NCBI GenBank assembly: GCA_038153405.1
Contig: JAYOYH010000001.1
Location: 32,156-96,155, forward strand
Direction of reading: 5' to 3'
Source of the DNA: Gemmatimonadota bacterium
GTDB taxonomy: Bacteria > Latescibacterota > UBA2968 > UBA8231
DNA length: 64,000 nucleotides
This document shows, in pieces, positions 39,313-47,896 of this stretch. The position numbers and the translations under genes were made by a program. Numbering within the stretch: position 1 is the stretch's first letter; every line of letters begins with the position of its first letter. The notes beneath the pieces are model-generated. The model saw only the letters and a program-made list of their open reading frames with translations. It was not told where the DNA came from and made no database searches.

Positions 39313-40365
39313 ATGGGTAAGAAGTTAAAGGTGGCCGTAGTTGGTGTCGGGGGCATCGCCGGTGCGCATATGCCCGGCTGGAAAGCATCTGAAGATGTCG
39401 AGTTGGCCGCCGGTTGCGACGTCAACGCCGAAGTGTTGGGCAAGTGGGGTGCCGAGCACGGAGTCGATCGACTCTACAGCGATGTTGAAGCGCTGTGGGC
39501 CGATGACGATATCGATATCGTCGATATATGTACCCCCAATATGTATCATGCGCCGCTGAGTATAGCGGCATTGGAATCCGGCAAGCACGTGATCTGCGAA
39601 AAGCCGCTGGCGCCAACGCCAGACGAGGTGCGGCAGATGATCGCAGCACGCGACCGCTCGGGTAAGTTGCTGATGACGGCGCAGAGCGTGCGCTTCTCTG
39701 GCAATGCGCGCGCCTTTAAAGAGGAGGTAGATGCCGGTGCGCTGGGCGAGGTCTATCACGCGCGCTGCTGGGCGCTGCGCCGCGCGGGCGTGCCGGTGGG
39801 GCCCGGCTTTATTCAAAAAAAGAACAGCGGCGGGGGACCGTGCATTGATATCGGCGTGCACATGCTCGATTTGGCCCTGTGGTTGATGGGCAATCCGCAG
39901 CCGGTATCGGTCAACGGCGTATCCATCGCGCCGCTGGCGCACAGAGAGGGCGCCTTTTCCGAATGGGGGCGCGCGCCCATTCCGCCTGAATACGACGTCG
40001 AGGATTTTGCCGCCGGCTTCGTGCGCTTTGCCAACGGGGCGACGATGGTGTTGGAAATGAGCTGGATGCTGCACCACGGCGGTTCGGAAAGCGGCGTCTG
40101 GCTCTATGGAAAAGACGGCGGCGGACACTGGCCTGCGTGCGAGTTTTTTCAGACGAACTACCAGACGCGCCAGCACTATAATCGCACGCTCAAACTGCAC
40201 AGCGATGGGCTGGGATCGCACGCCGAAGAGTGCATTGCCTTTGCGCGGGCCATCGCACAGGGCGAGCCCTCACCGGTGCCAGCTGAGCAGTCTTTACAGG
40301 TGATACAAATCCTCGATGGAATTTATCGCAGCCAGGAGACGGGGGCCGAAGTGCGCCTCGACTGA
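39313..40365 (+). CDS. Gfo/Idh/MocA family oxidoreductase
   Basis: VVGVGGI, ICTPN..H, HVICEKP, GGGPCIDIGVH.LD, DVED. Confidence 0.93.
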   Translation: MGKKLKVAVVGVGGIAGAHMPGWKASEDVELAAGCDVNAEVLGKWGAEHGVDRLYSDVEALWADDDIDIVDICTPNMYHAPLSIAALESGKHVICEKPLAPTPDEVRQMIAARDRSGKLLMTAQSVRFSGNARAFKEEVDAGALGEVYHARCWALRRAGVPVGPGFIQKKNSGGGPCIDIGVHMLDLALWLMGNPQPVSVNGVSIAPLAHREGAFSEWGRAPIPPEYDVEDFAAGFVRFANGATMVLEMSWMLHHGGSESGVWLYGKDGGGHWPACEFFQTNYQTRQHYNRTLKLHSDGLGSHAEECIAFARAIAQGEPSPVPAEQSLQVIQILDGIYRSQETGAEVRLD

Positions 40366-40387
40366 GATGGATGAGTTCGAGCAGATC

Positions 40388-40422
40388 GAGGGCCGGCACG
40401 CGCGCGTGAAGGCCCTCTTTTT
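40388..40422 (+). terminator. Rho-independent terminator
   Basis: GAGGGCC...GGCCCTC stem (inner CACGC/GCGTG) followed by TTTTT. Confidence 0.75.
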
Positions 40423-40623
40423 GTGCCTGCGATGAGCGCTGTATGCAGCGGCCCTGAACAAGTGGATAAGAGCGCATATCGAGTCGTGTCGGTTCGCTTG
40501 TATAGGGGATAAGTGGATCCAGTTTAATGAAATTATATTAAGCTGTAAATTTTTTTCCCCGAAGTAAGTTATTTAAAAATAAAATGTTGCAAAAAGTACA
40601 AAAGTGGCCAGGTTACAATGTGC

Positions 40624-40652
40624 TTGACTTATATACAAATGAACAGTATTAT
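40624..40652 (+). promoter_or_regulatory. Near-consensus sigma70 promoter with AT-rich upstream tract
   Basis: TTGACT-N17-TATTAT. The preceding 120 nt are about 29% GC by hand count (35/120). Confidence 0.8.
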
Positions 40653-40743
40653 TTTGTGCAGGTATTGGCCATTGCCTGTTCGTTGAGAATCCGGGAGTAA
40701 CTGATCGGCAGTTCGCTTCCCTTATTTAAAGAGAGAAAAAGCC

Positions 40744-40881
40744 ATGCAGCGATTTACCCTATTGAGTGGCCGGACCGCATATCAGGCCAAAGGCTTGCCA
40801 ACATCGGACTGGTTGAATGCGCTAACGGGAGCGCTAATCATCCTCGTAATGACGTATCCCACCATTCGCCATTTGGCTTAG
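40744..40881 (+). CDS. Putative 45-aa small protein with one hydrophobic segment
   Basis: Hand translation MQRFTLLSGRTAYQAKGLPTSDWLNALTGALIILVMTYPTIRHLA; purine-rich AAGAGAG upstream; first plausible ORF after the promoter. Confidence 0.45.
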   Translation: MQRFTLLSGRTAYQAKGLPTSDWLNALTGALIILVMTYPTIRHLA

Positions 40882-40900
40882 CCAAGCGGGGACGAGCGAT

Positions 40901-41080
40901 ATGTCTTCTATAGATAAGGAGCGCATTGAGCGGGCAGCCCGCATCTACGCCACCAATTTCGACGCGGGTATTGCGCTGGGTATCGCCCCGGGCAGTTTTG
41001 GGCGCCTGTGTAGGCGCTACGGCATAGAGACGCCGCAGGCGCGCCGCCGTCGCCGCCGTGTCCAATGGCAAGCGCGATAG
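40901..41080 (+). CDS. 59-aa basic protein with Fis-like helix-turn-helix and poly-Arg tail
   Basis: Hand translation MSSIDKERIERAARIYATNFDAGIALGIAPGSFGRLCRRYGIETPQARRRRRRVQWQAR; the N..A...LGI...(F)...(C)RRYGI pattern matches Fis-type HTH. Genome-like codon usage; below the 60-aa ORF-track cutoff. Confidence 0.75.
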   Translation: MSSIDKERIERAARIYATNFDAGIALGIAPGSFGRLCRRYGIETPQARRRRRRVQWQAR

Positions 41081-41157
41081 TTGCAAATGGGCCGCTATAA
41101 TTAGGTTGGACTGAGTGATATAGGTTGGATACAATACGCCAGGAAAAGGAGAAGGAT

Positions 41158-41598
41158 ATGTCGCGCGGCAGTGTAAACAAAGTAGTGCTGATCGGCAATC
41201 TCGGAGCCGATCCCGATGTGCGCTTCACTGCAAGTGGAGCACAAGTTGCCCACTTCAATTTGGCAACGAGCGAAAGCTGGCAGGATAAAAACGGCGAGCG
41301 CCAGGAGCGCACGGAATGGCATCGCATCGTCTTATGGCGGCGGTTGGCTGAAATCGCCGCCCAGTATATCAAGAAGGGCAATAAGGTGTATATCGAGGGA
41401 AAGCTGCAGACGCGCAGTTGGGACGACAGCAACGGCCAAAAGCGCTACACGACGGAAATAGTCGCTCAGAGCTTGGAGATGCTCGACAGCGCCAACGGCG
41501 GCCCGGCCGATCTTGACTTGAGCTATGGGGGCGGCCAGCGCACCGCGGTTGCTCGAGTAAATAGTCCGCAGGTGGGGGAAGAAGAGTTGCCGTTTTAG
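41158..41598 (+). CDS. ssb: Single-stranded DNA-binding protein
   Basis: [35 protein letters not shown], acidic EEELPF tail. Confidence 0.97.
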   Translation: MSRGSVNKVVLIGNLGADPDVRFTASGAQVAHFNLATSESWQDKNGERQERTEWHRIVLWRRLAEIAAQYIKKGNKVYIEGKLQTRSWDDSNGQKRYTTEIVAQSLEMLDSANGGPADLDLSYGGGQRTAVARVNSPQVGEEELPF

Positions 41599-41645
41599 CC
41601 CTATTTCAAGCAGCCTTGACCGGGTGCTATCGGGGGTATTAGATT

Positions 41646-41678
41646 GGTCACGCTTCCACGAGGGAGCGTGACCTTTTT
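41646..41678 (+). terminator. Rho-independent terminator after ssb
   Basis: GGTCACGCTTCC-ACGA-GGGAGCGTGACC-TTTTT (12-bp stem with one G-U). Confidence 0.8.
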
Positions 41679-41698
41679 ATGCCTAATGGGAGGAAAAC

Positions 41699-42535
41699 AT
41701 GGCTTTCGAACTCAATGCCAAAGGTAAGTTCAAGGATCTAACGCCGAGCTATCGCGGCGCGCGTTTTCAAGACGGGCGCCCCAAGGTCAACGACAATATC
41801 CTCAAGCGCATGAAGAAGGTAACGGTCGAAGAAGCGTGGGGCGTATTGGCCGGCAAGGGCCATCACTTTCAGTTCGAAGGCAACTGGCTCAACCTGCATC
41901 CCGACCGGGTCGTGGTAGGGCGCGCCGTCACCTGTCGCTATGTGCCGCACCGGCCCGATTTGAACGATATCGTCCAGGCCGACGGCAAGCGCAAAAAGTA
42001 TATCGGTGGCCAGAACAGCTGGGTCATTGATTCGCTCGTCAAAGACGACGTGTTGGTCGTAGAGCTATTCGGCAAAATAGTTAAGGGAACGTTTATCGGC
42101 GATAATCTCGGCACGGCCATCAGCGTAAATACCGGTGGCACTGGGGTGGTTATCGACGGCAGTATTCGCGACGACGAGCGCGTGCGCCAGTTGCCCCTTA
42201 ACGTGCTGTGTCGCGGCACGCATCCGACGGCCATTGGCGAAGTGACGATGGCCGAGATGAACGGACCGGTTCGCATTGGCGATACCACCTGTATGCCCGG
42301 CGATATCGTATTGGCCAAGCAAGCCGGTGTCGTATTTATTCCGCCGCAGTATGCTAAAGAAGTAGTCGAGCAGTCGGAAAACGTGCGCCTGCGCGACTAC
42401 TGGGGCAAGAAGAGCATTGCCGACGGTCGCTATACCCCGGGCGAGGTGGATAGGCGCTGGTCGGAAAAGATGGAAAAAGAGTTTGCCAAATGGCAGAAGG
42501 AAGTAGATATCAACGCCATTTTTGACGAGCTATAG
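41699..42535 (+). CDS. RraA family protein (HMG aldolase-like)
   Basis: RF.DGRPKV, VEEAW, VGRAVT, FIGDNL, VIDGSIRD, PVRIG....PGD.V, GVVFIP. Confidence 0.88.
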   Translation: MAFELNAKGKFKDLTPSYRGARFQDGRPKVNDNILKRMKKVTVEEAWGVLAGKGHHFQFEGNWLNLHPDRVVVGRAVTCRYVPHRPDLNDIVQADGKRKKYIGGQNSWVIDSLVKDDVLVVELFGKIVKGTFIGDNLGTAISVNTGGTGVVIDGSIRDDERVRQLPLNVLCRGTHPTAIGEVTMAEMNGPVRIGDTTCMPGDIVLAKQAGVVFIPPQYAKEVVEQSENVRLRDYWGKKSIADGRYTPGEVDRRWSEKMEKEFAKWQKEVDINAIFDEL

Positions 42536-42568
42536 CAGCGCATTCGCCAACGATGTGAGGGCGCATTG

Positions 42569-42602
42569 TCGAGGCCCGGAGACGGCGAGCTCCGGGCCTC
42601 GA
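42569..42602. terminator. Perfect 13-bp hairpin downstream of the RraA gene
   Basis: TCGAGGCCCGGAG-N8-CTCCGGGCCTCGA; no U tract. Confidence 0.55.
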
Positions 42603-42654
42603 TGCGTACCCGCTATACGCCGATCGGCGCGCGCGTGAACGAGTCAATTCCCAT

Positions 42655-43165
42655 GGTGTGCACTGCCTCGATCTGGCTCTGTGGCTGATGGGCTATTCAG
42701 AGCCGGTAGCCGTCAGTGGCTCAACGTACGATCCGCTCACTCGTGGCCTTGGCCGATAGGGAGGGCGCGTCGTTTGACGTGGAGGATCTGGCCTGTGGAT
42801 TGGTCAAGTTTGCCAACGGCGCCACGCTGATTTTAGAGGCCAATTGGGCGCTCAATATACGCGAAAACGAGCACATGGTCACGTCGCTGTATGGCACGCA
42901 AGGAGGCTTGGTGCAGCGCAATATAGGGGGAGGCTACGAGTTTGAAGCTGAGTTGTATACGGCAGAGGGCGAGAGTCACTTCACCAAGAAGCTGGACCGG
43001 CGCACGCAGCGTGCACTTCCCTCATACGGAGAATTTGTAGAGAGCATCTTAGAGAAGCGCCAGCCCATTGCCACGGGCGAGCACGGACTCAAAGTAATGA
43101 AAATTCTCGATGGCATTTACAAGAGTGCGGCTACCGGCAGGGAAGTGCGCTACCGCTCGCACTAA
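42655..43165 (+). pseudogene. 5'-truncated, frameshifted Gfo/Idh/MocA oxidoreductase remnant
   Basis: One frame from 42655 reads GVHCLDLALWLMGYSEPVAVSGSTYDP and then stops. The +1 frame continues ALADREGASFDVEDLACGLVKFANGATLILEANW...LDGIYKSAATGREV. There is no Rossmann N-terminal half upstream. Confidence 0.8.
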
Positions 43166-43205
43166 CGCGCGAGCGCCGTGCGAGCGGTAAACGTTGGTGC
43201 CAAGT

Positions 43206-43841
43206 CTATTTATTGGGCTGTGGCGTCGTGCGCAGGTAGGGCTTGACCGCCGTAAAGCCCTTTGGCAACTTGGCTTTGGCCTGATCGTCGGAAAGGGAGG
43301 GCGAGACGATGCAATCGTCGCCATCCTTCCAGTTGGCTGGCGTGGCTACTGGGTATTTTGCCGATAGCTGCAGCGAGTCGATTACGCGCAGTATTTCGTC
43401 GAAGTTGCGCCCAGCCGAAGCGGGGTAAGTCAAGGTGAGCTTGATTTTCTTGTCTGGGCCGATGACGAATACAGAGCGCACCGTCATATTGTCGAGTGCG
43501 TTGGGGTGGATCATATCGTAGAGCTTGGCGACGGTGCGGTCGGGATCGGCGAGCATGGGAAAGTTTACGTTGGTATTCTGCGTCTCGTTGATATCGCCAA
43601 TCCATCCCTTGTGTTCTTCAAGGGTGTCGACGCTCAGTCCTATGACTTTGACATTGCGCTTGTCGAACTCGTCTTTGAGCCTAGATACCATACCCAGTTC
43701 GGTTGTGCAAACGGGCGTGTAATCGGCCGGGTGGGAGAATAGCACGCCCCAGCTATCGCCGAGCCATTGGTGAAAGAAAATCGTGCCTTGGGTGCTATCG
43801 GCAGTAAAATCGGGCGCTGTGTCGCCAAGGCGAATGGCCAT
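43206..43841 (-). CDS. 1-Cys peroxiredoxin (Prx6)
   Basis: FSHPADYTPVCTTELG, YPASAGRNFDEILR, ATPANW. ATG 43841 with AGGAG RBS. Confidence 0.95.
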   Translation of the reverse strand: MAIRLGDTAPDFTADSTQGTIFFHQWLGDSWGVLFSHPADYTPVCTTELGMVSRLKDEFDKRNVKVIGLSVDTLEEHKGWIGDINETQNTNVNFPMLADPDRTVAKLYDMIHPNALDNMTVRSVFVIGPDKKIKLTLTYPASAGRNFDEILRVIDSLQLSAKYPVATPANWKDGDDCIVSPSLSDDQAKAKLPKGFTAVKPYLRTTPQPNK

Positions 43842-43982
43842 GGTCTGCACTCCTGTTAAGGTGTTGATAGATATCTCTGAGAAAGCTGCTCCTTTTAAAG
43901 AAGCATATATAGTAATATTGAGTATATTATTGTCCCTGTCAAAAAATCCCCATTGGGTGAGGGCAGAGGAGTTTTCAGTGCG

Positions 43983-44828
43983 ATGAGAACAATAGTCTTT
44001 TTGCTGTGCTCTATAGCTGTTCCGGCGAGTGCATGGTGGGGCGGTGGGCATGCCATTCTTTCCGAGGCGGCCGTGCGCGCCTTGCCCGACGAAGTGCCTA
44101 CTTTTTTTCGCAACGGTGGGCGGGTAGTCGCCGCCGCCTCCATTGATGCCGATCTGCATAAAAACCGCGCCGTGCCCAACGTCAACCAGACGGAACGCGC
44201 CGAGCATTTTATCGACTTAGAACGGCTAAAAGGAGCTGAACTGCCAGATCAGCGCTATGCGTTTATTGCCCTCTGCTACAAAGTGGGCGTCGAACCCGAG
44301 CGCGTGGGGCTGGTGCCCTATGCCCTAGCCGAATGGACGGGGCGACTGGCCGTGGCCTTTGCCGAGCATCGCAGGTGGCCCGAGGACGAGGCCATTTGGT
44401 CGAAGTGCCTGGTCTACGCCGGCTTTGTCGCCCACTACGCCCAGGATTTGACGCAGCCGCTGCACACGACGGTCCACTACGACGGCATTGTGCAGCCCGA
44501 CGGCACGACGGTGGGCAAGGGCATACACGAATTAGTTGACTCGTCTGTCGAGCGCTTGGCATTGGATCCGACCGAGTTGGCCACGGGGCTGGAATTGGCC
44601 ACATACGACTCGCTGATGTCCGGCATTGTCGCAGCGCTGGAGGTCAGCCATGCGCGGGTCAGTTCCGTATACGATATTGGCGATGCCTGGGATGACGTCG
44701 ATGACGAGCGTATGCAGGCGCAGTGCGCCGAGCGCGCGCGCGCGGCCGTCGAGCTAACGGGGTCTCTCTTGCTGACGGCATGGCGTCGTTCGGACGGCAT
44801 GTGGCTGCCCGAGTGGCTGATGCGCTGA
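43983..44828 (+). CDS. Secreted S1/P1 nuclease / zinc-dependent phospholipase C-like protein
   Basis: Signal peptide ending ASA, then WWGGGH, HFIDLE, HYAQDLTQPLH, IHELVD. Confidence 0.82.
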   Translation: MRTIVFLLCSIAVPASAWWGGGHAILSEAAVRALPDEVPTFFRNGGRVVAAASIDADLHKNRAVPNVNQTERAEHFIDLERLKGAELPDQRYAFIALCYKVGVEPERVGLVPYALAEWTGRLAVAFAEHRRWPEDEAIWSKCLVYAGFVAHYAQDLTQPLHTTVHYDGIVQPDGTTVGKGIHELVDSSVERLALDPTELATGLELATYDSLMSGIVAALEVSHARVSSVYDIGDAWDDVDDERMQAQCAERARAAVELTGSLLLTAWRRSDGMWLPEWLMR

Positions 44829-44846
44829 GAGCGGTCTGACGGGTTT

Positions 44847-45983
44847 TCAAAGCGCCAGGGCAAATCCTTCGCGATCTTCTACGCCCTGAGCAAAAATTCG
44901 CTCTTCGATGGCGATGCCGGCGCCCGGCGTATCGGGCACGACGAGTTTGCCGTCAAGAAAGCTCCAGCCGTCTTCGATATAGCCTGGCATCTGTGCCGGC
45001 GCGGCTTCCAATAGAGCGTAGTTGGGGATAGAGGCGGCAAAGTGGGCGTGATGATAGCGCTCGATATAGCTGCCCCAGGTGTGGGGCGCACAGAGCACGT
45101 CCCATTCTTCCAGGCGCGCGGCTGTCTCGCGCCACCAGGTCAACCCGCTAAAGCGAAAGTCGTGTTGGACCACGTCGATTAACCCGCTCTCGACCAGATC
45201 AAAAAAATAGGGCGGCGGTGCGAACTCGCCGTCGGCTACCAGCGTATCCCAATCGTTTTCGACGATGTATTCCTTAAGTGCTTGGTTGAGCGGACGGTCC
45301 TCGGCGAAGGGCTCTTCGAACCAGTAAATACCTATGTCGGCACACAGGTCCATAAGGGCTTTAGCGCTGTTGAGCGTATTGCCCATATTGGCGTCGATCA
45401 TCACTTTGGCGCCGGGATCGCAGGCTTGGCGCACGGTGCGGATGACGAGCGCATCGCGCGCCAAGCCGGCCGCAGGCTCCATCCAGCGCGCGCCGCGTCC
45501 GACTTTAATCTTGAAATTTCGGTAGCCGTATTCCTGCCCGCTTTCGACTTCTTGGCGAAACAGGGAAACGGCTTCTTCATCGCTCAACTGCAGGTCGTCT
45601 ATGTAGATTGAGGCGTCGTAGAGTTCAACCTGGCGCCGGCCGCGCGCGCCCAGTAGGCGGTAGAGCGGCAGGTGCATCAGGCGTGCGACTAGGTCCCACA
45701 GCGGCAGGTCGACGGCGCGACCACCGGGTAAAGAGCCTTCGGGCAGCCGGAACAACTGGCCGATCGACGCGCCGAGCAGTGCTTCGGCAGCGGGGCGGTC
45801 GATATTCGACCAGCCGATGCCCCAAGCGCCGTTGGCCGCCTCGAGGCGCACGACGGAGTCGACGATGCGCCGGCCGTGCGTGGGAATGCGCGCGTTGTAT
45901 CCGATCGAGCGCGGTCGAGTGCCGCGTATAATCGACTTCTCAATGCGGACGATGCGTTCGTCCGGCGTGGTCTCTTCGCTCAT
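44847..45983 (-). CDS. Mandelate racemase/muconate lactonizing enzyme family protein
   Basis: LWDL.A....PLY.LLG, FKIKVGRG, MIDAN, WFEEP, VADGE, APH.WG, PG.GI. Confidence 0.9.
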   Translation of the reverse strand: MSEETTPDERIVRIEKSIIRGTRPRSIGYNARIPTHGRRIVDSVVRLEAANGAWGIGWSNIDRPAAEALLGASIGQLFRLPEGSLPGGRAVDLPLWDLVARLMHLPLYRLLGARGRRQVELYDASIYIDDLQLSDEEAVSLFRQEVESGQEYGYRNFKIKVGRGARWMEPAAGLARDALVIRTVRQACDPGAKVMIDANMGNTLNSAKALMDLCADIGIYWFEEPFAEDRPLNQALKEYIVENDWDTLVADGEFAPPPYFFDLVESGLIDVVQHDFRFSGLTWWRETAARLEEWDVLCAPHTWGSYIERYHHAHFAASIPNYALLEAAPAQMPGYIEDGWSFLDGKLVVPDTPGAGIAIEERIFAQGVEDREGFALAL

Positions 45984-46083
45984 AGTTTGTTATTTCTTAT
46001 CTGTTCCAGTGCGCATCCCGCGCCACCCTGGCGCGAGAGGGCTCTGGAGGTTGGGTCTCTCGATCGGGTCGGTGCGCCGTGTA

Positions 46084-47631
46084 TTAACGGTCGAAATCGC
46101 GCTCCACGCACTCACTGACTATACGCGGCTCATACAGGGCGCCATCGGCCTCGACTAGTGCGCCATCCCCCCGCATAATCTGGTTGGGGGTATGGCAAGA
46201 AACGCGGGTGGGAAATCGCGCGTTGAGTTCGGCTGATTGCCGCCTGCGCCGATCGGCTGCATCATCAAAACAGAAATGTTCTAGCGCTGCCAGACGCAGC
46301 GGGGCCAATGCGTCTGGAACGGCGCCCGTCTTGAGCAGGTTAATCTGCTCATCGGGGTCGTTCTGCAGGTCAAACGCCAGATCGTCGCAGCCGCGGAAGG
46401 CGACATACTTATAGCGCGCACTGCGTGCCATGCGGAACTCCGTGCCTTCCCCCCAGCGCGGCGCGAGCGACTCCGTTATGACGGCGAGTCGCTGGTCCAG
46501 CGCATTGCACGCTTCGCCGTGGATAGCAGCGCTCAGATCGATGCCGTCGAGTTCGGTCGGCGCGGTGGTTTCGGCCAGTCCGCAGAGGGTGGGAAAGAGA
46601 TCGGCGAGGCTGGTCGGAGCATCGATCGTGCGCGCCGGCTGCTCCTTGCGGCGCTGGGCTGGCGTAGAGACGATCAGCGGTACGCGCGCCGAGGCCTCAT
46701 GCCAAGTGTTCTTCCAAAACAGGCCGTGCTCACCGGCCAGTTCGCCGTGGTCCGAAGTGTAGATAATGACGGTGTTGTCGAGTAGTCCGTCGCGCTGTAA
46801 GAGCGCGAGGAAATCGCCGATCATCTCGTCGAGAAAGTCGACGCAGGCCGCATAGGCGGCGCGTGCCTTCCTCATTTCCTCTTTGCCGATTTCTCCACAG
46901 CGAAAACCGGAAAAGGCGCCCTGTGTCATCGGGTGGTCGGCGCTGTCGCCGCTGCGCCCAACGCGCGGTGGGGTGATGCCGGCCGGGTAATAGCGGTCAA
47001 AAAAGCGCCGCGGTGCTGTGAGGGGGAAGTGCGGGCGGCTAAAGGATGCGTATAGGAGCCAGGGCTGTTGGGGAGCGGTGTGGCGTTGTTCGCGCAGCCA
47101 GGCGATGGATTCGCGTGCAACCAATTGTTCCTGCAGCAACGACTCGGGTATCTGACTTAGTCCGGCATCGGCCGTGCGCGATCGCATGTCCATGCCGGGC
47201 CGCAGCGATTCGCTGTACAGGTTGAGGGGATCGAATTGGTGCGCGCAGGGGCCACCGAAATCGCCGTAGGGGCGATCGCGGAAGCCGGCTGTCTGACGCG
47301 AGCCGCCTAGGTGCATCTTGCCGACGGTGCAGGTTGCATACCCGGCTGCTCCCAACGCATCGGCAAAAGTGGGAATGTCTGGGGGGAGTATAGAGCTGTT
47401 GCTCCAGGCGCCGCAGCGATGAGCATGGCGACCGCAGAGCATGGCGATACGACTTGGTGAGCACAGCGGCATTTGGCAGTAGGTCGTAGTAAAGTGCGTT
47501 CCCCTATCTGCAAGAGCATCGAGCGCAGGCGTTCTACAGGGTTCACCGCCTTCTCGCTCAGATCGGGCAGATAGAAAGCGGTAGGAATGTTCGTCAGACT
47601 GGAGCAGCAGAATGTTGGGTTGGGAAGACAT
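46084..47631 (-). CDS. Sulfatase (choline-sulfatase-like)
   Basis: SDEH, CSPSR signature, GKMH, PHFP, TSDHGE, WK....E.SARVPL. Confidence 0.92.
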   Translation of the reverse strand: MSSQPNILLLQSDEHSYRFLSARSEREGGEPCRTPALDALADRGTHFTTTYCQMPLCSPSRIAMLCGRHAHRCGAWSNSSILPPDIPTFADALGAAGYATCTVGKMHLGGSRQTAGFRDRPYGDFGGPCAHQFDPLNLYSESLRPGMDMRSRTADAGLSQIPESLLQEQLVARESIAWLREQRHTAPQQPWLLYASFSRPHFPLTAPRRFFDRYYPAGITPPRVGRSGDSADHPMTQGAFSGFRCGEIGKEEMRKARAAYAACVDFLDEMIGDFLALLQRDGLLDNTVIIYTSDHGELAGEHGLFWKNTWHEASARVPLIVSTPAQRRKEQPARTIDAPTSLADLFPTLCGLAETTAPTELDGIDLSAAIHGEACNALDQRLAVITESLAPRWGEGTEFRMARSARYKYVAFRGCDDLAFDLQNDPDEQINLLKTGAVPDALAPLRLAALEHFCFDDAADRRRRQSAELNARFPTRVSCHTPNQIMRGDGALVEADGALYEPRIVSECVERDFDR

Positions 47632-47699
47632 AGGGCATTCCTTTCCGGCTATGGGCTCTGTATACTATGCAATTTGCGCCGCCCCGGCGAATGGGCTTA

Positions 47700-47772
47700 G
47701 AAGGCGTAATAGGTCGCCATTTAACCGCTCGTACGAGCGGTTTGAATGCAAATGACGATCTATTACGCCTTC
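47700..47772. repeat. 73-bp nested inverted repeat
   Basis: 23-nt arms GAAGGCGTAATAGGTCGCCATTT / AAATGACGATCTATTACGCCTTC (21/23 complementary) enclose the perfect 20-bp palindrome AACCGCTCGTACGAGCGGTT. Confidence 0.9.
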
Positions 47773-47816
47773 GAGTGCAGCGCGTAGCGAGGCGAGAAAC
47801 GTGGACGCAAATAGGC

Positions 47817-47843
47817 TTAAGTCTTTTAAAATTATGCCGATAT
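47817..47843 (+). promoter_or_regulatory. Sigma28 (FliA) promoter of the globin-coupled chemoreceptor
   Basis: TTAAGTCT-N11-GCCGATAT versus consensus TAAAGTTT-N11-GCCGATAA. Confidence 0.75.
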
Positions 47844-47879
47844 TGTATCTTGTATACCCTGTGGTCCAAGTTGCGGTTA

Positions 47880-47896
47880 TTGGCATACCTATTGCT
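47880..47896 (+). promoter_or_regulatory. Sigma54 (-24/-12) promoter of the globin-coupled chemoreceptor
   Basis: TTGGCATACCTATTGCT = TGGC-N7-TTGCT with exact spacing, 38 nt upstream of the ATG. Confidence 0.7.

Noticed and set aside
39325..40221. Long antisense or alternate-frame ORFs (e.g. 39325-40221, 33922-34776, 51720-52544, 56617-57489, 60596-61405)
   Set aside because: They are shadows of well-supported genes on the opposite strand, expected at high GC, and have no family motifs.
40367..40435. Short ORF ending C-L-R-TGA (CxxU-like) followed by a small hairpin, i.e. a possible selenoprotein
   Set aside because: The hairpin is too close and too short for a bacterial SECIS, the ORF overlaps a clear terminator, and the read-through product resembles no selenoprotein family I know.
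40461..40660. Possible oriC (AT-rich tract with AGTGGATAA, 8/9 to a DnaA box)
   Set aside because: Only one near-consensus box and no dnaA/dnaN/gidA context; a promoter explains the AT richness.
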